The notes under the pieces: generated by a model
The model's input: the letters and a program-made list of their open reading frames with translations, nothing else
Databases searched by the model: none
Told to the model about the DNA's origin: nothing
Source of the DNA: Rhodoglobus sp.
GTDB lineage: Bacteria > Actinomycetota > Actinomycetes > Actinomycetales > Microbacteriaceae
Assembly (NCBI GenBank): GCA_046155245.1
Contig: JBJXDR010000113.1
Location: forward strand, 4,878-68,877
Reading direction: 5' to 3'
DNA length: 64,000 nt
Position numbers and translations under genes: made by a program
In this document: piece by piece, positions 48,702-57,357 of the stretch
Position numbering within the stretch: the stretch's first letter is position 1
Layout: the number at the start of each line of letters is the position of its first letter

Positions 48702-49696
48702 TCACCCTCAAGCAGTCCCACGGCGCCGAGTTCACCCGCATCTACAGCTATGGTGCCGCGCGCGGTGACCGCGTCGTCGGCAACGACGAACTCGTGGCGG
48801 CCATCGACTCGAGTGATGAGTGGATCCAGCAGCGCACCGGCATCGTGACGCGCACCCGGGCATCCGCGGGGCTCGGCGCGGTCGATCTCGCGACCGAAGC
48901 AGCGACCGAGGCGATCGCCAAGTCGGGTGTCCCGCCCGAGAAGATCGACCTCGTGATCGTCGCGACCATCAGCAACGTGCAGCAGACGCCCTCCATCGCC
49001 GCGGTGGTGGCCGACCGAGTCGGCGCGAACCCCGCGGCAGCCTACGACGAGAACGCGGCGTGCGCGGGCTTCAGCTACGGCGTGACCCAGGCCGACGCGC
49101 TCATCCGCTCCGGGGCTGCGCACTACGCACTCGTGATCGGTGCCGAAAAGCTGTCCGACGTCGTCGACCCCACCGACCGCTCGATCTCGTTCCTGCTCGG
49201 TGACGGCGCGGGCGCGGTGGTGATCGGGCCGAGCGATTTCCCGGGAATCGCGGCCGCGGTCTGGGGCTCCGACGGCTCCAAAGCAGATGCAGTGGGCATG
49301 GATGGCACGCTCACCGAGTACCGCGACGGCAGCTCGCCCTGGCCGACCCTGCGCCAAGACGGGCAAGCCGTCTTCCGCTGGGCCGTGTGGGAGATGGCCA
49401 AGGTTGCGAAGCAGGCACTTGAGGTCGCTGGGGTGACGGCAGACGATCTGGCCGCCTTTATCCCGCATCAGGCGAACATGCGCATCATCGACGAGTTTGC
49501 CAAGCAGTTGAACCTGCCCGACACCGTGATGATCGCCCGTGACATCGCGACCACCGGCAACACGAGCGCTGCCTCAATCCCGCTGGCGACGCACCGGCTG
49601 CTCGCCGAGCATCCCGAACTGAGCGGCGGCCTCGCCCTCCAGATCGGTTTCGGTGCCGGGTTGGTCTTCGGTGCTCAAGTGGTCGTACTGCCGTAG
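48698..49696 (+). CDS. fabH: Beta-ketoacyl-ACP synthase III
   Basis: AACAGF, PHQANMRI, GNTSAAS, GFGAGL. Confidence 0.96.
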   Translation: MITLKQSHGAEFTRIYSYGAARGDRVVGNDELVAAIDSSDEWIQQRTGIVTRTRASAGLGAVDLATEAATEAIAKSGVPPEKIDLVIVATISNVQQTPSIAAVVADRVGANPAAAYDENAACAGFSYGVTQADALIRSGAAHYALVIGAEKLSDVVDPTDRSISFLLGDGAGAVVIGPSDFPGIAAAVWGSDGSKADAVGMDGTLTEYRDGSSPWPTLRQDGQAVFRWAVWEMAKVAKQALEVAGVTADDLAAFIPHQANMRIIDEFAKQLNLPDTVMIARDIATTGNTSAASIPLATHRLLAEHPELSGGLALQIGFGAGLVFGAQVVVLP

Positions 49697-49746
49697 CCCC
49701 CCTAAACTTGCACACGGTCATATCAACCCCTCAAGGAGAGCACACA

Positions 49747-49995
49747 ATGGCATTGTCCACAGAAGAAGTCCTGGCCGGCCTGGCCGAGCTCATCAACGAC
49801 GAAACCGGCATCGCGACGGACACGGTCGAGCTGGACAAGTCGTTCACGGACGACCTAGACATCGACTCCATCTCGATGATGACCATCGTCGTCAACGCAG
49901 AAGAGAAGTTCGACGTGAAGATCCCGGACGAAGAGGTCAAGAACCTCAAGACCGTCGGCGACGCCGTCAGCTTCATCACCAGCGCACAGGCCTAA
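49747..49995 (+). CDS. acpP: Acyl carrier protein
   Basis: DLDIDSISM phosphopantetheine site; AAGGAG RBS. Confidence 0.96.
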   Translation: MALSTEEVLAGLAELINDETGIATDTVELDKSFTDDLDIDSISMMTIVVNAEEKFDVKIPDEEVKNLKTVGDAVSFITSAQA

Positions 49996-50067
49996 CACCC
50001 TAGGTTCGCGGCCGGCCCAAGGTCGGTCGGCCGCGGAGTGTGTTCCCTCTCACAACAGGACGTTGAC

Positions 50068-51306
50068 ATGACCCCGAAGAAGATTGTCGTCACCGGCATC
50101 GGCGCCACCTCACCGCTGGGCGGTACCGCACTCAAATCCTGGGCGGCCCTCCTGGCCGGGGAGTCTGGCGCGCACACGCTCGAGCACGACTGGGTCACCA
50201 AGTACGACCTCCCCGTGACCTTCGCCGCCGAGGCAAAGGTACGCCCGGAAGACGTGCTCGATCGAGTCGAGTACAAGCGCCTCGACCCGTCGAGCCAGTT
50301 CGCACTGATCTCAGCGCGGGAAGCATGGGCGGACGCCGGCACTCCCGACGTGGATCCGACCCGGGTCGGAGTCGACTACTCGACGGGTATCGGCGGCCTC
50401 TGGACGCTCATCGATGCGTGGGACACCCTGCGCGAGCGCGGAGCCCGACGGGTGCTCCCCATGACCATCCCGATGCTCATGCCCAACGCGGCCGCCGCCG
50501 CGATCAGCATGTCCCTTGCGGCTCGGGCCTTCGCCCGCACGGATGTCTCGGCTTGCGCGTCAAGCACAGAGGCGATCGCCAACGCCTACGACCACCTGCA
50601 GGCTGGGCTCGCCGATATCGTTCTAGCAGGCGGAACCGAGGCGGTCGTGCATCCGCTGCCGATCGCGTCATTCGCGGCCATGCAGGCCCTCTCGAAGCGT
50701 AACGACTCGCCGTCGACGGCCTCACGCCCCTACGACAGCACTCGTGACGGCTTCGTGCTCGGAGAGGGCGCTGGAACCATCGTGCTCGAGACCGAGGAGC
50801 ACGCACTCGCCCGCGGGGCGCGCATCTACGCCGAGCTCGCCAGTGGTTCCGTGACGAGCGATTCGTACCACATCACCGCGCCAGATCCTGAGGGCTCCGC
50901 GGCCGCTCGAGCGATGCTCGCGGCGATCGCTCAGGCGGGCGCGACGCCGACCGACGTGGCACACATCAATGCCCACGCGACCAGCACACCGGTCGGCGAC
51001 ATCGCCGAGTACAACGCGATGTTGCGAGTCTTTGGGGATCACCTGCCGAACATCGCCGTCTCGGCTACGAAGGCCTCCACGGGCCATCTGCTGGGCGGCA
51101 CGGGCGCTCTCGAGGCGATCTTCACCATCCTTGCCCTGCACAACCGCACGGCGCCGCCGACAATCAATCTCACGGAGCAGGATCCGGAGATCCCTCTGGA
51201 CGTCGTGACGTCTCCGCGCACGCTCCCAGAGGGGCCGTTGCTAGCGCTGAGCAACTCGTTCGGCTTCGGCGGCCACAACTCCGTCGTGGCGTTCCGCAGC
51301 TACTGA
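50068..51306 (+). CDS. fabF: Beta-ketoacyl-ACP synthase II
   Basis: SACASS, NAHATSTP, GHLLGG, NSFGFGGHN. Confidence 0.96.
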   Translation: MTPKKIVVTGIGATSPLGGTALKSWAALLAGESGAHTLEHDWVTKYDLPVTFAAEAKVRPEDVLDRVEYKRLDPSSQFALISAREAWADAGTPDVDPTRVGVDYSTGIGGLWTLIDAWDTLRERGARRVLPMTIPMLMPNAAAAAISMSLAARAFARTDVSACASSTEAIANAYDHLQAGLADIVLAGGTEAVVHPLPIASFAAMQALSKRNDSPSTASRPYDSTRDGFVLGEGAGTIVLETEEHALARGARIYAELASGSVTSDSYHITAPDPEGSAAARAMLAAIAQAGATPTDVAHINAHATSTPVGDIAEYNAMLRVFGDHLPNIAVSATKASTGHLLGGTGALEAIFTILALHNRTAPPTINLTEQDPEIPLDVVTSPRTLPEGPLLALSNSFGFGGHNSVVAFRSY

Positions 51307-51494
51307 ACCGGTAAGCAGCCTGGGTGCACGTAGCACTCGCCGTCGAACTTCAGCAGGTCGTCCTCGGTGACGAGTCGCTCAAGTTGGGCGAGATCGAGCA
51401 GCGGCGGCGCAATCTGGTCGACGAGTTCGTCGAGTTCCCTGTTCAGCGTGTCCATAATTACCCTTCGTTGATCGACCGTGAGCCGGGCGACGAG

Positions 51495-52013
51495 TCACCC
51501 GACCTTGTGAAGCCAGACCACTGCCGAGTCCTGCCCCGCGTGGCGGAAGACCTCAAGCTCGTCGTCCCACGCCTGACCCAGCGCGAGCCGCAACTCTCGG
51601 TGCAACTCGATCGCATTGGCGCCCGCGAGTTCCATCGCGTAACGCACGCGATCCTCGGGGATGACGACGTTGCCCACGGTGTCAGTCTGCGCGTAGAAGA
51701 TCCCGAGGTCCGGGGTGTGCATCCATCGGCCGCCGTCGGTGCCGAGCCCGGCATCCTCGGTCACCTCGAAGCGCAGGTGCTCCCAGCCGCGCAACGCTGA
51801 AGCGAGCTTGGCACCGGTGCCACGCTCGCCCTCCCAGTAGAACTCGGCTCGCTGCGAGCCCTTGAGCACGGGCTGCTGTTCCCACGCGAAATTGACCGCA
51901 CGGTCGAGGGCTCGACCCGCGGCCCATTCGATGTGCGGGCACAACGCACGAGGAGCGGAGTGCACATAGAGCACTCCGCGAGCAGTTGGTGCAGTCACAT
52001 GCAGTGCAGACAC
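51495..52013 (-). CDS. DUF3145 family protein
   Basis: GVLYVHSAPRALCPHIEWA, LRFEVTE, WDDELE.FR. Confidence 0.88.
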   Translation of the reverse strand: MSALHVTAPTARGVLYVHSAPRALCPHIEWAAGRALDRAVNFAWEQQPVLKGSQRAEFYWEGERGTGAKLASALRGWEHLRFEVTEDAGLGTDGGRWMHTPDLGIFYAQTDTVGNVVIPEDRVRYAMELAGANAIELHRELRLALGQAWDDELEVFRHAGQDSAVVWLHKVG

Positions 52014-52166
52014 ATCGGCCTCCGTTCATTGTTTGGGTGCGACTTCCCCATCGACCCAGTGAACGGATGCCCGTAACGGCACATCATGCGTGTGAAATTG
52101 TGTGCGGCGAACCGCTGCAGTAATTATTGCCGATATCGAGGGCGAATCACAAGCGTGTAACTCGTG

Positions 52167-53807
52167 TCATTTTGCGTCGCCATAGTTGTCGACCACGGCG
52201 ATAGTCACCGGAAACTCGGCCGGTAGGGCTCCGAAGAGCAGCTGTCCGGCCTCAATGGCGGCCAGCCGCACCTGCTCAGTGACGGCATCGGAGAGCTCGG
52301 CGGGGCAGTGCACGACGACCTCGTCATGGAGGAAGAACACGAGGTGCGGGGCATCCGTGAGCCAGGTGCCATCGGCCATCGCGTGCAGGCGACGGCGGAT
52401 GCTCGCCATCCAGCACAGCGCCCATTCGGCCGCGGTGCCCTGCACGATGAAGTTGCGAGTAAATCGGCCCCACGCACGCGCACGGCCGCGTGCGCGAACG
52501 ACCTCGGACTCCGACGCGATCTCGTCGTACCCAGCGCCCTGACCCCGCGGCGAACTGCGACCAAGGCGGGTGGTCACCACCTCGCCGCGTTCGCCTGCAC
52601 GCGCCGCTTCCTCGACCATCGCAATCGCCTTGGGATACGCGCGTTCGAGACGCGGCATGAGCCTGCCGCTCTCGCCGGTCGTCGCGCCGTACATCGCGCC
52701 GAGCATCGCGACCTTCGCCTGATCCCGCGTCTCGACCGCGCCACTGGCCACGATGCCCGCGTAAAGATCGCCCTCGGCCCCGGCCTGCACCATCCCCCGA
52801 TCACCTGAGATAGCAGCAAGGATGCGCGGTTCGAGTTGCGAGGCATCCGCGACTACGAGCTTCCACCCCGGGTCAGCGATCACGGCGCTGCGGATCTGCC
52901 GGGGCAGTTGCAACGCTCCCCCGCCGCTCGCCGCCCACCGCCCGGTCACGACACCGCCGGGCAGATAGCCGGGACGGAAGCGGCCGTCGCTCACCCAAGT
53001 ATCGAGCCACGTCCAGCCGTTTGCCGACAGCAGCCGGGCGAGCTTCTTGTACTCGAGCAGGGGTGCGATCGCCGGGTGCTTCAGTTGCTTGAGCTCCCAC
53101 GAGCGGGTCGAGGTCACCTGGAGACCCACCCGGCCGAGGGCACGCAAGAGGTCGCCCGGCGAGTCGGGGTTCAAGTCGGGCGCTTCGAGGAGTTCGCGCA
53201 CCCGCTCGAGCAACGCCGTGAGCACCGCGGGACGCTCGCCCTCTGGCGGCCGGGGACCGAGCAGTTCGGCAAGGATCTCCTCGTGGCGGGCCGTATCCCA
53301 CGGCAGCCCGGCGTACTCAAGTTCCGAGGCAATCAGCGCACCAGCGGATTCCGCTGCGAGCAGACGGTCGATCCGCCCAGGCTGAGCGGATGCGGCAACC
53401 GCCTCCCGCTGCGCCATGAGCTCCGCGACGGGGTCGGCATTCACAGACGCATCATCGGCGTCGAGGTCGAAGAGGGCGCCGCTGGGCGGACGCTCCTGAC
53501 CCCGCGGCGAATCCCACGAACTCTTCGGGGCCGTCGCGAGCGGGGAACCAGCAGTCAGTTCCGAGTTGCGCAGGATCGCGTGGCACAGCCGCAGGTCGTA
53601 GCACCGGTCGACGCGCACCCGCGCGGCGAGCAGCTGCGGATACCAGTGGGACGTGTCATCCCACACCCAGCGTGGCGTCGAACGCTCCTCGGCTGCGACG
53701 AACGACGGCAGATCCTTGACGTACTCGATTCCGAACGACGCGCTCTCGTCGGTGCGGCGGGCCGCCATGACGCGGTCCCCGGCAACCCTGGCGAGAACGA
53801 TGAGCAT
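52167..53807 (-). CDS. Family A DNA polymerase-like protein (3'-5' exo/polymerase, no 5' nuclease)
   Basis: Motif A DASQLEPRIL, motif B RDQAKVAMLGAMYG, motif C FFLHDEVV. Confidence 0.9.
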   Translation of the reverse strand: MLIVLARVAGDRVMAARRTDESASFGIEYVKDLPSFVAAEERSTPRWVWDDTSHWYPQLLAARVRVDRCYDLRLCHAILRNSELTAGSPLATAPKSSWDSPRGQERPPSGALFDLDADDASVNADPVAELMAQREAVAASAQPGRIDRLLAAESAGALIASELEYAGLPWDTARHEEILAELLGPRPPEGERPAVLTALLERVRELLEAPDLNPDSPGDLLRALGRVGLQVTSTRSWELKQLKHPAIAPLLEYKKLARLLSANGWTWLDTWVSDGRFRPGYLPGGVVTGRWAASGGGALQLPRQIRSAVIADPGWKLVVADASQLEPRILAAISGDRGMVQAGAEGDLYAGIVASGAVETRDQAKVAMLGAMYGATTGESGRLMPRLERAYPKAIAMVEEAARAGERGEVVTTRLGRSSPRGQGAGYDEIASESEVVRARGRARAWGRFTRNFIVQGTAAEWALCWMASIRRRLHAMADGTWLTDAPHLVFFLHDEVVVHCPAELSDAVTEQVRLAAIEAGQLLFGALPAEFPVTIAVVDNYGDAK

Positions 53808-53811
53808 GGTC

Positions 53812-54633
53812 TCAGCCGTGCAGCAGTGTGCCGTCCTTGGCGAGGACGTTCTTCTCTCCGGCCTCGATGCGCACCCCGAACCGGTTCTGCTTGGGCGGCA
53901 GCGGGCAGTTGAAGTTGTAGCTGAAAGCGCACGGCGGAAGAATGGCGCGGTTGAAGTCGAGGGTGATCGTGCCGTCGGGATTCGGCGCCACGAACAGGAA
54001 GCGACCCACGCTGTAGGTGTCGTCTCCGTTGGTCGCGTCAGCGAAGACGAGCTGGAGGGCACGGCCGGCCTTGAAGGCAGCGAGGTTGTAGTCGACACCG
54101 TGCTTGGTGAACGTGATCTCCCCGGGGATGACCTCCTCGCGCGTTTGACCGTCGTCTTTGAGGTGCTCGAACCCGAGGGTGGTGCCGGCCGCGTTCTCGC
54201 TGAACTTCGCGGTGATGACCCACTCGGGGTTGTAGCCGTACGCGTCGATGCCGCCGAACTGCCGGATGCCCTGCGAGTTCGAGTCCCACACCCGCAGGGC
54301 GTAGGTGCCCTCGGAGGCGATGACGAAGCCGGTGACGGTGTCGCTGAACACGATGGTGCTCGGGTTCGGGTCATCCTTGCCGCGCACCACCACGGTGCCG
54401 TCAACGAGCTGGCCGTCGACGACGATCGCGTCGGATGCCTCGGCCGTGAGCATGAGCCCGCCGCCCGGGTTAGGCGCCCATCGCCCAGGAACACCGTAGA
54501 TCGTCTGCTCGGAGTCCACCCACTGGGTGTTCACGAGGGCCAGGCTGCCGAGCGGCTGCACGACGCTCAGTTCGCGCCGCTCGTGATAGGTGGCGAGCTG
54601 GCTCTCGGGCGTTTCGGTGGCGGTGTCGGTCAT
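53812..54633 (-). CDS. DUF1684 family protein
   Basis: LVFADATNG..TY..GRFL, LDFNRA..PPCAFS..FNCPLPP.QN; start may be as far up as 54657. Confidence 0.9.
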   Translation of the reverse strand: MTDTATETPESQLATYHERRELSVVQPLGSLALVNTQWVDSEQTIYGVPGRWAPNPGGGLMLTAEASDAIVVDGQLVDGTVVVRGKDDPNPSTIVFSDTVTGFVIASEGTYALRVWDSNSQGIRQFGGIDAYGYNPEWVITAKFSENAAGTTLGFEHLKDDGQTREEVIPGEITFTKHGVDYNLAAFKAGRALQLVFADATNGDDTYSVGRFLFVAPNPDGTITLDFNRAILPPCAFSYNFNCPLPPKQNRFGVRIEAGEKNVLAKDGTLLHG

Positions 54634-54725
54634 GGGTTCCATCCTCGTGTGATCCACCGACTAAACCGGCGACGACACGGGTTTATGCCGCGCCGCCACC
54701 GGCAGTCGATCCACGGAGACCTAGC

Positions 54726-55403
54726 TCAGCAGTCGCCAAAGATGTAGACGGGTGCGAAGAAGCTCACCAAGGTGCCGCCGTCGTTGTAGCCGGCGACACC
54801 GTTGATGTCCGGCCCCGTGCCGCCGAGCAGCTGCAGGGTGAGCAGCGTGGAGTCGATGTCGTCGGCCGACGGGATCGCCGCGATGACGTCCGCCGCCGAC
54901 TGACCGACCTGCACGCCCGCCGGTCCGGTGATCGCGACGCCAGCAGTGGTGCTTGCGGCCCTCGCTGTGACACTGAATACGGCTGGGGGCACCATGGTGA
55001 TCGTCCCAGCACCGTCCAGCTCGAAGCCGCCGAAGTCGTAGATCGTGCCCGCGCGGCGGCAGCTGCCACCGGTGGCCACGGTTGTCGCGGGGGTCGCGCC
55101 GAGAGCCTCAGCCAGTTGGACTGCCGCGGCATCCCCGTTGGTGGTGAACGGGATGTCGATGATGACGGCCGCGGTTTCGTCGAGAACCGTGATGCTCGTC
55201 GCAGACACCGTAAGCGTCGTGGGCACAGGCGCCGCGACGGTCGGTTCGGGAGTGGGGGTGGCCGACGGGGTGGGGCTCGCGGATGCGCTCCCGCTCGGCG
55301 TCGGGTCGGGAGTGGGATCGGGTTCGCCGGGGGTGCACCCCGACAGTGCGACGACGGCTGCGACGGCGAGCGCGAGCATTGCTGTGCGTGAGCGAGTTCT
55401 CAT
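54726..55403 (-). CDS. Putative lipoprotein
   Basis: Signal peptide with lipobox LSGC, Pro/Thr linker. Confidence 0.75.
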   Translation of the reverse strand: MRTRSRTAMLALAVAAVVALSGCTPGEPDPTPDPTPSGSASASPTPSATPTPEPTVAAPVPTTLTVSATSITVLDETAAVIIDIPFTTNGDAAAVQLAEALGATPATTVATGGSCRRAGTIYDFGGFELDGAGTITMVPPAVFSVTARAASTTAGVAITGPAGVQVGQSAADVIAAIPSADDIDSTLLTLQLLGGTGPDINGVAGYNDGGTLVSFFAPVYIFGDC

Positions 55404-55581
55404 GGTGCGTCCTCTCTCTGAGTTCTGGGTTCTCGGCGTTCTACCCCTCCGACGAACGAGAGCACCATTCAGGTTGACTGCTCCCCCACGCTACTGGCCC
55501 ACGGGTCCACCCGGTAGGTCCGCCGTCGTATGCCGGCGCGGCGGCGGCCGACGTCACATCCCCTCGCGCGACGAGCGTCGG

Positions 55582-56796
55582 CTACCATGTCGGATGCTCG
55601 TGCCGGTCGCCGCGCGGCTGCGCGAGCAACTCGTGCGCAACCCTCGCAAGGGAGGTCTCGACGAGCCAGGATCCTCCCTCGTCGATGCGCCGCCGTAGAG
55701 CGGACGTGATGCCAGCTGCGAGCAGGTACCCCGCGCTGTGGTCGAGGGCCTGAGCAGGCAGGGCTCCCGGACGTTCACCGTCGGTGCTCTCGAGCCACGC
55801 TATGCCGGTGGCCGCCTGAACTATGCTGTCGAAACCGCGTCGCTCGGCCAGCGGGCCGGTGCCGTCCCACGCGCTCAGCCGCGCAACGACGAGTCCAGGT
55901 CGCCGGGCCACGAGATCCTCGACCCCGAGCCCGTGCCGGTCGAGTGCGCCCGGGCGGTAGCCGGTGATCACCACGTCGGCAGCGTCGAGCAGTTCACCGA
56001 ACCGGGGATCGTCGACGCTAAGGATCGTCGATCGTTTGCCGGCGCCGGTGTCGAGGTGCTGCCACTCGAGCTCCGGTAACTCGGGCGGGTCGACCCGAAG
56101 CACGTCGGCGCCCCACAGGGCAAGCGTGCGGCTCGCGACGGGGCCCGAGATGACGCGTGTGAGGTCGAGCACGCGGATGCCCGCGGCCGGAGCATCCCAC
56201 TCGACGCGGCCGCGCGGCGCGTGTGCCCCTTCGCCCGCCCGCACCACGCGGATCAACGGCTCGGCGTCGACGGCCGCGGACTGGGGGTGCTCGCGCCACT
56301 GCGCCTCCGAACGCACCACGGTCGCGATGCCGCCCGCCGCCGTCACGGCCTCCTCGACGTCGGCCGCCGAGCGCCCCAGGAGGGTCGCCCGCAGAGCCGC
56401 GGTGTCCGCGGCGTCGGTGAGGTCGAGCGCCTCGATCAGCCGAGCGCGGTGGTGTGGGTAGTTGGCGTGGGTGCGCACCCAGCCATCAGCGGTCGGCCAA
56501 AAGCCAGACAGTTCCGCCCACGCGTTCATGGGCTCTCCGCGGAGTCGGAAGTGCCGCTCGCTCGTCACGGCTGTCGCGACCCGCACGGGGTCGAGTGAAA
56601 CGGCAGGGACGGCGGCATCCGATCGCCGAGCGACGAGCAGGCCCGCCGACAGCGACGAGGCCGCGACCGCGTCATGGACGAGCTGACCGACGGGCAGCGC
56701 CGAATCGAGCGGCACCTGATCTCCGTGGGGGCTGACGAGGGCGAGCACGGCGGGATCCTCGCCCAAGGCGTGCCACGCGGCATCCAAGATGCTCAT
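55582..56796 (-). CDS. CoA-transferase family III (CaiB/BaiF)
   Basis: VLDLTRVISGP, GADVLRVD, GYRPGAL, GFDSIVQ, ALDH. Confidence 0.9.
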   Translation of the reverse strand: MSILDAAWHALGEDPAVLALVSPHGDQVPLDSALPVGQLVHDAVAASSLSAGLLVARRSDAAVPAVSLDPVRVATAVTSERHFRLRGEPMNAWAELSGFWPTADGWVRTHANYPHHRARLIEALDLTDAADTAALRATLLGRSAADVEEAVTAAGGIATVVRSEAQWREHPQSAAVDAEPLIRVVRAGEGAHAPRGRVEWDAPAAGIRVLDLTRVISGPVASRTLALWGADVLRVDPPELPELEWQHLDTGAGKRSTILSVDDPRFGELLDAADVVITGYRPGALDRHGLGVEDLVARRPGLVVARLSAWDGTGPLAERRGFDSIVQAATGIAWLESTDGERPGALPAQALDHSAGYLLAAGITSALRRRIDEGGSWLVETSLARVAHELLAQPRGDRHEHPTW

Positions 56797-56852
56797 GGCC
56801 GATTTTCGCACCCCGACCGGTCCCCTAGGCTACTTTCGCGCCCCTCGGCGCC

Positions 56853-57278
56853 TCACGCGAAAGGCAGCACATGGACCCGATCACCATCAGCGGCGGCATC
56901 ATCGGCCTGATCATCTTCATCGTCACCGTCGTGTCGATCGTCAACAACCCGAACCACGGCGGTCTGGGCAAGTTCATCTGGATTCTGGTCGCGTTCTTCC
57001 TGTCGATCATCGGATCGATCCTGTGGCTGATCTTCGGGCGCGGCCGCGTCGCCAAGCGCTGAGCCTCGGTGCCACTCCCACAGGCGGTCACAAGCCTGTT
57101 CGAGCGTCCACGCGTAGCCGAGCAGCTGCCCGGTCGCGCTGATCCCCCGCAGGCCCGCGCGGCGGTTGATGCGCCCATACTGGATGATCCCGACCAGCGT
57201 GCCGCGGTCGTAGAGACGCCACTCGCCCGACCGGAACGAGTGCTCGAGGTTGTCGCTCGCGCGCCAGTGATGCACCAT
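56853..57278 (-). CDS. Hypothetical protein; 3' part overlaps the opposite gene and may be a stop-loss extension
   Basis: TATCTT-N6-ATG leaderless start; first ~65 aa look globular (GEWRLYD...LLGYAWTLEQAC). Confidence 0.5.
   Translation of the reverse strand: MVHHWRASDNLEHSFRSGEWRLYDRGTLVGIIQYGRINRRAGLRGISATGQLLGYAWTLEQACDRLWEWHRGSALGDAAAPEDQPQDRSDDRQEERDQNPDELAQTAVVRVVDDRHDGDDEDDQADDAAADGDRVHVLPFA
56871..57062 (+). CDS. PLDc N-terminal-like small membrane protein
   Basis: Two TM helices, KFIWILVAFFLSIIGSILWLIFGR; GAAAGG RBS. Confidence 0.85.
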   Translation: MDPITISGGIIGLIIFIVTVVSIVNNPNHGGLGKFIWILVAFFLSIIGSILWLIFGRGRVAKR

Positions 57279-57357
57279 GTATAGAAGATATCTTCGAATG
57301 GTGCTCCCTGTGAATAGCCCGGCGCATCCCGAGTAACACTCGACATAGGCTGTGGCT

